64,000 nucleotides of DNA from Octopus sinensis (taxonomy: Eukaryota): contig NC_043008.1 of assembly GCF_006345805.1 (NCBI RefSeq), positions 57,784,001 through 57,848,000 of the forward strand, written 5' to 3'. Below, in pieces: positions 24,526-36,028 of this stretch. The notes under the pieces were generated by a model. That model was not told the origin of the DNA. It did not search any database and saw only the letters and a list, made by a program, of their open reading frames with translations. Position numbers and translations under genes: made by a program. Numbering within the stretch: the first letter of the stretch is position 1; each line of letters begins with the position of its first letter.

Positions 24526-25348
24526 GTAGTGGATATATAATACTGTACTTTCAATGCTGGCTCTAATTGCTATGGAAAATTTGTAACTTTAAAAACTTTA
24601 AAAAGTGGCTTATATATATATATACATAAAGAAAAAGAAGATAGTAAAGATTTAGATAAAACTATTTATTTGCTGCTTTTATCCTTTTCAGGGATTCATC
24701 ATGAATGATTTCTATATAAATAGTTTTTATCAAAATCCTATCAAAAATCAAAATCAAAAATCAAAAATCAAAATCAAAAATCAAAAATCAAAATGGAAAT
24801 CATAGTTGTGGCTAGGGATAGTGCTGCCTGAGTGGCACCTGTGCTGGTGGCACGTAATGAGCACCATTCAAGCATGAGTCGATGCCAGTGCTGCCTGACT
24901 GGCTCCCCATACCAGTGGGATGTAAAAAGCATCATCTGAATGTGGCTGATGCTAGTTCCCCACACTGGCTCCAGTTCCGGTGGCATGTAAAAAGCGTCAT
25001 CCGAACGTGGTTGATGCCAGTGCCCTCGACTGGCTCCAGTTCTGGTGGCATGTAAAAAGCATCATCCGAACATGGTTGATGCCAGTGCCCTCATCTGGCT
25101 CCAGTTCTGGTGGCATGTAAAAAGCGTCATCTGAACGTGGTTGATGCCAGTGCCCTCGACTGGCTCCAGTTCTGGTGGCATGTAAAAAGTGTCATCCGAA
25201 CGTGGTTGATGCCAGTACCCACTACACTCTCAGAGTGGTTGGCATTAGGAAGTGCATCCAACTGTAGAAACCTTGCCAGATCACATTGGCTTGCCAGTCT
25301 TCAGTCAAACTGTCCAACCCATGCCAGCATGGAAAATGGATGTTAAAC

Positions 25349-25382
<34 letters not shown>

Positions 25383-25692
25383 TATCCCACTTTAAACAAT
25401 CTGTGTATGTGTGTGTGTGCGTGTGCACACGCATACACACACACACACAGTGATCTATGAGCTTGTAAGTCAGAAAATATCTGCACTTGTATATTTGTCA
25501 ATAAAGTGAGTTCACTATAAAGTAGTTGGCATTAAGAAGGGCATCAATCTGTACAAGCCATGCAAGAGTCAATATGGAGCAAGATGTGACTTTGTGATTC
25601 ACCAAATCCTGTGAAACAGTCTAACCTATGCCAGCATAGAAAATGGACGTCAAATGATGTTGATAATGATAATATGTATGTGTATGTATGTG

Positions 25693-25784
<92 letters not shown>

Positions 25785-25791
25785 GTATATA

Positions 25792-25824
<33 letters not shown>

Positions 25825-26168
25825 CTGTGAAAATCAGAGTTAAAGAATCCTCTAAAAAACCCACAAATAACTGGATATATAACAAGCACAATAGAAATCA
25901 GGTTACAACCCAGTATACAGGGCCAGTTCCAGAAATTTTCCGAAGAGAGGGCACAAGATCAGAAAGGAATGCAATTTCAGGATAACAATAACATTATTTA
26001 AAAGGGCACATTTCTTTTCTTGCGGGGGTTATGTGCCCCTCGGTCTCCACTCTTGGGTCCTCTTCTGGTATAAACGTTTTCTGATATAGAACTCAATACA
26101 TTGTGTTGAGTGAATACAGGCATACAAACACAGATATACATATGAGAAGCGGTCTTCATATGTACATA

Positions 26169-26310
26169 GGGGCTACTGCAAAGTTCCTGGCTTTAAGGGT
26201 GTTGTGAAAGGTCTAGCAGGAGACCCAACCTTCTGAGTTCTTTTACAGGACTTAGAAAAACTGAAGGACCGCTGCAAAAAATTTGTGAATCTGAAAGGGG
26301 AATATGTTGG
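26169..26310 (+). mobile_element. Mariner-like transposase C-terminal remnant
   Basis: GLEKLKDRCKKFVNLKGEYV-like C-terminus. Confidence 0.55.
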
Positions 26311-26311
26311 A

Positions 26312-26720
26312 ATCTATCTATCTATCCGCTCAGTCGAAGTTGACTCTCAGTCACTCGTTGGATCAGTGTCCTCCAGTTAGTTCTATCCTGGGCCGCTTCC
26401 TTCAGACTGGCCATGTCCATTCCGGTATCACTCCTGATGGTGTCAAGCCACTGGGTTCTTGGTCGGCCTTTTCCTCTCTTGCCACTGACCATTCTGAGCA
26501 TGATGTCCTTCTCCAGGGATTTTCTCTGCATAATATGACCGAAATATGCCAATCTATGCTTGGTGATCCTAGCTTCTAATGACATTTTTGGCCTGATCTT
26601 CTTAAGAACTTCTCCATTGGTGAGCCTCACTGTCCATGGAATCTGTGAAAGTCTTCTCCAACACCAAAGCTCGAAGGCATTAATTCTCTTCTGGTCAGCT
26701 TTCTTTAGTGTCCAGGTTTC
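26312..26720 (-). mobile_element. BovB-like RTE LINE 3' end with uninterrupted ORF and (TAGA)n tail
   Basis: ETWTLKKADQKRINAFELWCWRRL...YFGHIMQRKSLEKDIML...GRPRTQWLD...RVTESQLRLSG*; no stops over about 133 codons. Confidence 0.85.
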
Positions 26721-26729
26721 GTATAGGTA

Positions 26730-26960
26730 TAGCTCAACTTACGTCAGTAATTGGTTTTAAGCCATACGACTTAAACAAAAAAAACGATGTAACAAGGAAA
26801 AAAATCGTTTAAACAAATTTATTAGTTGATATCTGCCGTTTTTAAAAATGGTTTGTATATATATTCACATGTATTTTATTTAATTTTTATTTCAGTATTG
26901 AATTTTTGTGTTTTTTTTTATTTTTAATTTCTATGTATTTAAACCTTCACCAAGACCGAC
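26730..26960. promoter_or_regulatory. Probable VPS33B promoter region
   Basis: Unique sequence just upstream of the putative first exon with retained CpGs, a CRE-like TTACGTCA (26739-26746) and reverse CCAAT (ATTGG, 26750). Positional inference only. Confidence 0.4.
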
Positions 26961-27002
26961 GTAAAGTGAAGGAAGACGTAACACGAAATGACATAAGCTG
27001 AG
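26945..27002 (+). other. VPS33B: Probable non-coding first exon (5' UTR) of VPS33B; start uncertain
   Basis: Donor GAG|GTATGC at 27002/27003. An acceptor TTTTAG at 27156 lies only 5 nt before the ATG, implying an upstream exon. Region is locally CpG-retaining. Confidence 0.5.
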
Positions 27003-27161
27003 GTATGCCTGCATTTGTATTTGTATTCACATGTATATCTGTATACGTATGTACATCTGTGTATGCGTGCGTATGGATGTGTGTGTGTGTGTGTGTGTGG
27101 TTGCCAATCGAAAGCAGAGCCTGGATATCAAGGGAGATAACTTTCGTATGTTTTAGTCAAC

Positions 27162-27236
27162 ATGGCGTCTAGATTTCCAGATGTCAGTTTGCTCTCTCAA
27201 TTCATTAAGGATCGGCTAATTTACCAGCTCGAAAAC
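27162..27236 (+). CDS. VPS33B: VPS33B coding exon 1 (MASRFPDVSLLSQFIKDRLIYQLEN)
   Basis: ATG in strong context (caacATGG); donor GTAAGT; resembles human [20 protein letters not shown]. Confidence 0.9.
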
Positions 27237-27375
27237 GTAAGTTATTATAATTTCGATATCATCATCATCATCATCTTTATCATTCACATCATTATCGAAT
27301 TGCATTACATCTGTGATGTTTAATTTTTGGTGATTTACCGTTCTTCTTCACCGTTAGGCTCACACCCCCTTTGTG

Positions 27376-27406
<31 letters not shown>

Positions 27407-29640
27407 ATTTCCCTTTACATGATTTAGTTGATGTTTGGACCTAGGTAATCTCTGAGTACGCCTATGGCCAAAAGCGTTCCAATTGTGACCATCATCCTGT
27501 GTTACATTCCAGACATAGTAGTGTCTTCAGAACTACATTGTCCACATTGTAGCCTTGTATGAAAGACAGTAGGGTGTGATCGCAGAGATTTAGCTGTTAT
27601 TTCTAGTAGGTTCGTGCGACATCCTAGATAGGGACTACCTCATCACATCATGTTTGTTGTTATTGTTGGTGTCTAACCCCTCCACCAGGTTATCTGCACT
27701 CGGTTTCACCTTTGATCGAAGACGTTCCGACCATAACAACCGCCTTTTTTCCCTCCCAAAATCTATGTGTCAAAGGTATAAATGATCAGCTGTGTCTAAC
27801 TCTCGGACGGTTAGACCTGTTTTATGAGGGAGACTCGGCAGATTCTGTGAAGGAGATGCAGGTGCCATTTGTACCTTATCAAGCCATCTTTTTGATACGC
27901 TGTCGTTGGCTTGACTACATCGTTGTTGACATATACAGCATCCACTTAATTACGTAAGAACCTATCGCATTTTTTAGTTAGTATGCACACCGCCCCTCAT
28001 GTCTATTTTATCTCGGTCTTAATCAGCGTCATAACATACCATTTACACACACACACAAGCTCAGCTCTCTTTGCAGCCACGTGGTTTTCGGGTTCGGTCC
28101 CACTGCGCGGCACCGTGGGCGAGTATTTTCTACTATATCCCCAAGTTGACAATGTCCTGTGATTGAATTTGATGGACAGAAGTTGTTTAGTGACTTGTCG
28201 TATATGTCTGTCTGTCTGTCTGTCTGTCTTTCTTTGTCGTCTTGACCAGCTCACTAGCTAGACTGCAGTGAATTTCCTGTCTACAGTTCGTCTGTTATCA
28301 GTCCTTGGACAATGCCCTACACCGGTGTTGGTTAGTTCACATCCCCTAACTTCGCGGTAAAGACTGATAGAATAAGTACTAGGCAAAAAAACAAAAACAA
28401 ATAATAATAATTACTGATGGTCGGTTTGTTTAACTAAACTCTTCAAGGCGGTGTCCCAAAATGGCTGCTGTCCAATGATTGAAACAAGTAAAAGGCAAAA
28501 GCTGAGTGTGTTTGTGTGTGTGTCTGTATGCGTGCGCCTGTATGTGTGTTTGTTTGTATGTGTGTGTGTTTGTGTGTGTGTGTGCATGTATGTGGGTGTG
28601 TCTGTTTGTATATGTGTTTGTGTGTGTGTGTCTTTGTGTCTGTTTGTCCCTCAGTGTTGGTTTGTTTATGTCCACACAACTTATTGGTTTAGTAATAGAC
28701 ATTGATGGAATAGGTACTATACGTAAAAAATAAGTCCTTAGGTTGATTCATTTGCCTAAAATCCTTCAAAGTGTCGTCCCTGCATGGTCACAGTCCATTG
28801 ACAAAAACAAATAAAAGGGAATAAATATACACATACTCACACACACATTCCACACACATCATATATATATACAACTTATAAATGAGGGCTAAAGAAAATT
28901 ATTTCGATGCCAATATGCTGATAACAGACTTTCAAATCGTCAATTTCCACATATTATTTACCCGCTACAGAAAAAAACACGAAGAACTGAAATCGGGGAA
29001 GCCGGCCGATAGAATTTTTTTTAAAAGTTCGTTATTTCTATATTGAATCAATTTCGGAATTAATCTCATAAAAGATTCTTTCCTCTTCAGTAGAACATAC
29101 GAAAGGATATAAATAAGATACTTACATGCGCCCATGGAAAAAAGCCAAAGCAAAAATCATGAGTACATATAAGTACCCCAGATATATCTAAAAATAAAAT
29201 TTTTTGGTCAGCCTCAGCACAACATGTTGACTGTTCTCCACTACAGGTTATAGTGGTTACCAGTCCCTATAGCGAATAGTAATAAGTAAGACTTATTATA
29301 TATATACGTATATTCCACACAATCACAGGAGTAGTTGCCTGGTAAGAAGCTTGCTTATCAACCACATGTTTCTGGGTTCAGTCCCACTGCCCAGTACCTT
29401 GGGTGAGTGTCTCCTACTACAGCCTCAGGCCGACCAAATCACTGTGAGTGGATTTGGTTACTATACAGCCATACCTGCAAATATGTATATATGTGTGTGT
29501 GCACACACACAAACACACACATACAAATCTACATATGCACATAAACATCAGATATGCATTCATGTTATATCTTTATTACATTAAAATAATTTTTCAAAAT
29601 ATCTTTTCATTTGAATTCTATTTTTTGAATTAAAATTTAG

Positions 29641-29721
29641 ATGCCTGGTCAAAAAGACTTGGTGCTTGATGGTGAGCTGATGAAACCACTTGATCGCATT
29701 GTTGGCGCCTCTGTTCTAAAG
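29641..29721 (+). CDS. VPS33B: VPS33B coding exon 2 (MPGQKDLVLDGELMKPLDRIVGASVLK)
   Basis: TTTAG acceptor, AAG|GTTGGT donor, 81 nt, phase 0/0. Confidence 0.93.
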
Positions 29722-29784
29722 GTTGGTATAAGTTGTACGTTTCTATATATATTTGTTATTTAGTTGGTTATTATTTCTATATAT

Positions 29785-30037
29785 CCTCCGAAGAACCTGA
29801 GAGACCTGCATGGGGTGGATGCAGATGTCTTTAAAATAAAACTGGATCTCTTCTTGTCAGGTGTCCCAGATGAACCAACTTCACGGCAGGAGGGGCAGAT
29901 GAGGGCAGCTGCATCGAACTCTCTCATGCAACAAATGGCAATTGCTAAAAAGCATTCGTGAAGTAAAACCATGTAGCAACACCAAATGGCGGTGCCCCAG
30001 CATGGCCACAGCTTGTGAGCTGAAACTAGATAAAGAA
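29785..30037 (+). mobile_element. CR1-superclade LINE 3' end in intron 2
   Basis: PKNLRDLHGVDADVFKIKLDLFLSGVPDEP...RAAASNSL; flanked by duplicated TTCTATATAT(A)TTTGTTATTTAG; tail-only copy at 35269-35325. Confidence 0.75.
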
Positions 30038-33000
30038 TTTGTTGTTATATTTCTATATATTTGTTATTTAGCTGATTGAGTTCACCCTAGATCAAAGGCA
30101 TCAAAACTGTTACCATCCTATTTTTTTAGGGATATAGAGGACTACATCACTTCATGTGCCCTTTTCTGATTTGAGAGAGATTTGGCTGGTGTTTCAGAAC
30201 ATTGAGAAAGCGGAATTTAGTAGACAAAAACTATGCCAAAGCCTATCATATATATTTCTCTCTTCTATGTTTGTGTGCATTTCTCTATGTTTCTCTCTTC
30301 TATGTTTGTGTGCGTGTGTGTGTTTATGTGTGTGTGTGTGTGTGTGTTTATGTTTTATGTTTTCCAGTTTCAGCTCTTGAGCTGTGGCCATGCTGGGGCA
30401 CCGCCATGTGTATTTTGTGTCTCTTTGTCTTGGCATTAATGATAATTGTAAATGAGTGCCACTGTCATGCAAGCAGTGTTGTTTGTTTCTAGTATTCTGC
30501 AATGACATGTCAGGCCATTGGGAAATATTAATTCATTTGGGATCAGGTAAGGGTTATTGACATGAAGGGTATCCAGCTGTGGAACATATGTCTCCATAAA
30601 CTCTGTCTGGAAAAGTGAACATTAAATGATGATGGCGATGACTGGGTAAGTGTCTTCTACTATAGTCTTGGGCCAACTAAAACTTTGTGAGTGGATTTGG
30701 TTGTTGGAAACTGAAAGAAGCCTGTCCTATATATATATGTGTGTGTGTTTGTGTGCATGTGTTTGTCCAACCATTGCTTGACAGCCGACGTTAGTGTGTT
30801 TACGTCCCTGTAACTTAGCGGTTCAGCAAAAGTGACCAATAGAATAAGTACTAGGCTTACAAAGAATAAGTCCTGGGGGCGATTTGTTTGACTAAAGGTG
30901 GTGCTCCAGCATGGCCACAGTCAAATGCTTGAAACAAATAAAAGAATATATATATATACACACACACACATAATGTGACTAGGATGCTAAAAAACAACTA
31001 CATTGCTAGAAATAAGAGCTAAACTACTCTAATGCTGTAGTTAACACACATGAATGAAAACATGCACCATCAGGGACCATAATTGTCCAAAAAATGCCAA
31101 CTGAGAATTTTTAAGAGTGTAATTAGTTTTGGCATTTTCCGTTGCCATCATCAGTTAAGCCAGCTTGATGTTCAGCCATTTCCGGAATTGTTTCTCTATT
31201 AGCATATATGCTTTTGTCATTCAAATTAATGGATGATTTAGCAATTCGCTAATGTGTATACAGAAAATTAATATAAACAGCAGGTTGTAATGTTTCACCA
31301 AAAAGGAGAATTATGATTGTCACTAAATGTGACCAGGGTTGTTAGGAAACACCCACATTGCTAGAAATAAGAGCTAAACCCCTCTAATGCTGTAGTTAAC
31401 GACAACTATGGTCCCTGTTAGTGAATATGTTTTCATTCATCCACTCTGATGGGTAGCTGGTGTTAGGGAGGGTATCCAGCCATAAAAACCCTGCCAAACA
31501 GACACAGAAGTCTGGTGCAGGCTCCTGCCTAGCCAGCTCCTGTCAAACCATCCAACCCATACTAGCGTGAAGGGTGGATGTTAAATGATGATAATGGCAG
31601 AACCGTTAGCACGCCGGGCGAAATGCGTAGCTGTATTTTGTCTGCCGTTACGTTCTGAGTTCAAATTCCGCCGAGGTCGACTTTGCCTTTCATCCTTTCG
31701 GGGTCGATAAATTAAGTACCAGTTACGCACTGGGCTCGATATAATCGACTTAATCTGGTTGTCTGTCCTTGTTTGTCCCCTCTATGTTTAGCCCCTTGTG
31801 GGTAATAAAGAAACAGATAATAATGATATATGTGTGTGTGTGTGGATAAGGACAGCCACATAAAGAAGTGCCAATACCTTACTGTGGAGGGAACCTGTGT
31901 AAGAGGTAGACCCAAGAAGACATGGGGCAACATGGTGAAGCATGATCTCCGAATGTTGAGCCTCATGGAGGCAATGACAAGTGGCTGAGACCTTTCATGA
32001 TATACTGTGCTTGAGAAGACTCCTCGAGGTAAGTGAAATCGTAGTTGTGGCCAATGCTGGTGTTGTCACGTAACTGGCACCCATGCCAGTGGCACCCATG
32101 CCAGTGGCACCCATGCCAGTGGCACCCATGCCAGTGGCACCCATGCCAGTGGCACATAAAAATGCACCCATTGCGCTCTTGGAGTGGTTGGCATTAAGAA
32201 GGGCATCCAGCCATAGAAACCATGCCAATTCAGACGGGAACTTGGTGCAGCTCTCTGGTTTACCAGTTCCAGTCAAACTGTCTAACCCATGCCAGCATGG
32301 AAAGCAGATGCTAAATGATGATGATGATGATGATGAAGATATATAAAATCATTATTTTTATTTCAGCATTTCCATGCCAGCAAGTATTGGCCTGTTTTTC
32401 TGAGCCAATGTTTTACGATTAGATGCCCTCATTTTAGTTGCTTTTTATGACACACATTAATGGTATTGATTCATTTAGAGAATAACATTCTGACAATAAG
32501 AGGATCGTATAAAATCCCTGAAATGTAATGACGAGTAATCATCCAGCTATGACAGTAAAAAAATAACCTAGGCAAAGCAATTTGTAAAAACGCCTTGACG
32601 ATAGATAACAACTGAACTGAGGTGAGATAGACAAAATATCAGAAAAACTGTCACAAGAAACAGCTTCAGAAAAGCAAGTTATTAGAATGCTAATGTAGGA
32701 TCAGTATGCGGGGTCAGATCTGGCCAGCTTAAATTGAAACTGCTACCATCCTATTTTTTTGGGGATATAGAGGACTACATCACTTCATGTGTCCTTTTCT
32801 GGATGTTAGAGGATGAGGATGACGATGACGATGATGATGATGATGATCATGATCATCATCGTTTAACGTCCGCTTTCCATGCTAGCATGGGTTGGACGGT
32901 TCAACTGGGGTCTGGCAAGCCCGAAGGCTGCACCAGGCCAGTCAGATCTGGCAGTGTTTCTACAGCTGGATGCCCTTCCTAATGCCAACCACTCCGAGAG

Positions 33001-33881
33001 TGTAGTGGGTGATTTTACGTGCCACCGACACAGGTGCCAGACGAGGCTAGCAGACGGCCACGCTCGGATGGTGTTTTTTATGTGCCACCGACACATGTTA
33101 TATATATATATATTCTTTTTTGGAATAGGGAATCTTGAAGCAGATGACAAAGCTATAAATAATAACATAAATATTGGATGGTAAAACCGTTTTGGATAGA
33201 ACTTATTTCCTTCTCCCCACCCCAACCTCATTGTCTGTACCCCACACACACCTACCATTTACTTCATTCCTAAACCCAAACTCATCTCCAAATAACTCGA
33301 CCTTGTCCTTAAAGAAGAATGTTGTTGAGAGTGACTTCAAAGTTTCAGCCACTTAAGCCTTATGATACTCTCTCTCTCTCTTTACTCTTTTACTTGTTTC
33401 AGTCATTTGACTGTGGCCACGCTGGAGCACCGCCTTTAATCGAGCAACTCGACCCTGGGACTTATTCTTTTGTAAGCCCAGTACTTATTCTATCGGTCTC
33501 TTTTGCCGAACCGCTAAGTAACGGGGACATAAACACACCAGCATCAGTTGTCAAGCAATGCTAGGGGGACAAACACAGACACACAAACACACACATGCAT
33601 ATCTATATATACATATATATGACGGGCTTTTTTCAGTTTCCGTCTACCAAATCCACTCACAAGGCTTTGGTCAGCCCTAGGCTATAGCAGAAGACACTTG
33701 CCCAAGGTGCCACGCAGTGGGACTGAATCCGGAACCATGTGGTTGGCAAACAAGCTACTTACCACACAGCCACTCCTGCAATGCATTATAAACTATTTTC
33801 CCAGTTAACCTTCCTCCGATGTTGCTGCACCTGTTTTGTTTCCTTATATATGTGTAATATATAGTTTTCTATATCTTTTAG

Positions 33882-33946
33882 GCTCATGGAGTTGCCAAAA
33901 TATTCAAATTCGATTTTACACAAAAAGCATTGCCTGGATGCCAGCA
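33882..33946 (+). CDS. VPS33B: VPS33B coding exon 3 (AHGVAKIFKFDFTQKALPGCQ)
   Basis: TTTTAG acceptor, GTAAAT donor, 65 nt, phase 0/2. Confidence 0.88.
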
Positions 33947-34334
33947 GTAAATATCATTTTTCTTCTTTGTAATTAACATTTGCAATTAAATTTTATTACA
34001 TTATTAATTATATTATCAATTACATTATGCTGTTTAGCTTCCATAGGGGAAATATTGTGATGTGGGTGAAATCATTTAGTTCTTTGAAACAAATATAGAA
34101 TAAAAGTAAAAAATATAATTCTTCAATGACTAATATTGACTAATGACAAATGATATAATCATTAAGGCTGATTTAAGGTCAGCAGTTTTAGGGGTGGGAT
34201 TGAGTTAATTACATCAACCCCATTTATTGTATTGGTAAAGTTGGCTTTGGTGGAATTAAATATATATGTATGTATTTATGTATGTATGTGTGTGTGTTTG
34301 TGACCCTTTGTCGGTATGTATATATATATATTAT

Positions 34335-34805
34335 GTCAGGTCACTTTCGAGTGCTACTGGTAACATGTACCCCAGTACAACCTGTTGCATGGTTGGGTCG
34401 TCAGCGACTTAACCGGCAACCCCACCAAGCTTGCTTGGTGAGGAGGGTGTTTATTGGAAAACCTGCGGGATGAAAAGCAAAATCCGCCAAAGGGCGGAGG
34501 AACTATTGAGAGTCAATGGCCATCCAATAAATGTTTTAAGGCTGTATTATGCATGGGGACATAGAAATAAGCGGACTGAATACCCGATTGCGCAGTTAAA
34601 CCATTGGGAGTGAAGGACTCCTAGCCTTTGTTAGGGCATCCTTCTAGGAGAAGGTAACTCAGGTAACTGGGATAACTCCAACATAAAACTTGCAGCTCAG
34701 TGGTTACCGGTGATGTTGACTTGTTCTTCTTTTCGGATTATGACTGCTGTTGCTTAGTGAGTGAGATTGACTCAGTGCACAGCCTTTCTTCACTTTAAAA
34801 AAAAA
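34335..34805 (+). mobile_element. Unclassified GC-rich interspersed element, possibly RTE 5' UTR-derived
   Basis: Sharp GC-rich island with GGGCATCCTTCTAGGAGAAGGTAACTC motif and A-rich end; classification tentative. Confidence 0.35.
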
Positions 34806-34888
34806 TCTTCTTGCACAGGCATTGCATGATAACAACATTGATTAAGCTTCGTGCAATGGCCATACTCGATAACAAGGGGGCAGACACC

Positions 34889-34920
<32 letters not shown>

Positions 34921-35105
34921 TTTCCCTCCTTTCTGTTTAGTGCACAAGAACTTACACAAACATACACACACACACACATGTATGATATCCTGGAGAGTGT
35001 GTGTGTCTATATCACTTGTTATACACTACAATAAAATAAGTACCTGTTGAAGTACCTGGCTTGATATAATTGACTACAGCCTTATTATTTACCTATTTAC
35101 TTCAG

Positions 35106-35223
35106 GCGGCTGTACATTGTTCGTCCAAGAATTGAAATGATGGAGCATATTGCAAGGCAAGTCAATTGTGAGAGAAGTTTAGAGCAGAAAAGGACATATC
35201 GAATATTAATGACACCTCGTAAA
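35106..35223 (+). CDS. VPS33B: VPS33B coding exon 4 (RLYIVRPRIEMMEHIARQVNCERSLEQKRTYRILMTPRK)
   Basis: TTCAG acceptor, GTAAGT donor, 118 nt, phase 2/0. Confidence 0.92.
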
Positions 35224-35321
35224 GTAAGTACTTAAAATGAATTTGTCAATATATATATATATATATGAATGGCGGTGCCCCAGCATGGCCACAGCTCGTG
35301 AGCTGAAACTAGATAAAATGA

Positions 35322-35364
<43 letters not shown>

Positions 35365-35533
35365 TAATATTATTAAAATATAAATATATACATATATATA
35401 TATATATATATAATAGTAGGGAATATAATTCCATAACTTACAGGGAAAAATTCAATTAACAATTTTAAATCAAATTTCACAATATATAATATATGTATAT
35501 AGTTTAGTGAAAAACCACTATTAAAAAATTCAT

Positions 35534-35691
35534 TAAAGAAAGATGTTATTCACACCATATAGAAAACATATACTATAAAAAAAAACTTATTTGTAAAATA
35601 TTTACTATTTATTGTACTTTATTGATTTTTTAAAATAAGTTTTTTTTTATAGTATATGTTTTCTATATGGTGTGAATAACATCTTTCTTTA
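35534..35691. repeat. Perfect 59-bp inverted repeat with 40-nt loop in intron 4
   Basis: 35534-35592 is the reverse complement of 35633-35691. Confidence 0.92.
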
Positions 35692-36028
35692 TTGAATTGT
35701 TTAATATTGACTTTTCTTGCTTTCGTTTCTATCTTCTCATTCCATTTTTTGCATCAACCTTCTTCATGTTTTTCTTCTCATTTTTTTCATAATGCATAAG
35801 CAGAGCCTGAAAGATTGCTTGGAGACACATGGTGTATTTTATAAATATGCCTAGTAAAAATATCCTAAAAGCATGGAACTATCAGTAGCTCTTTTGGTTA
35901 TGTATTAAATACATGTTTATGTCTCAGTGGATTGAGTACTTTTTTTGTTGATTCTACCTATATTGGATCTATAAACTATTAAACTATGTCTGTGTGTGTA
36001 TATATATATACACACACACACATATATA

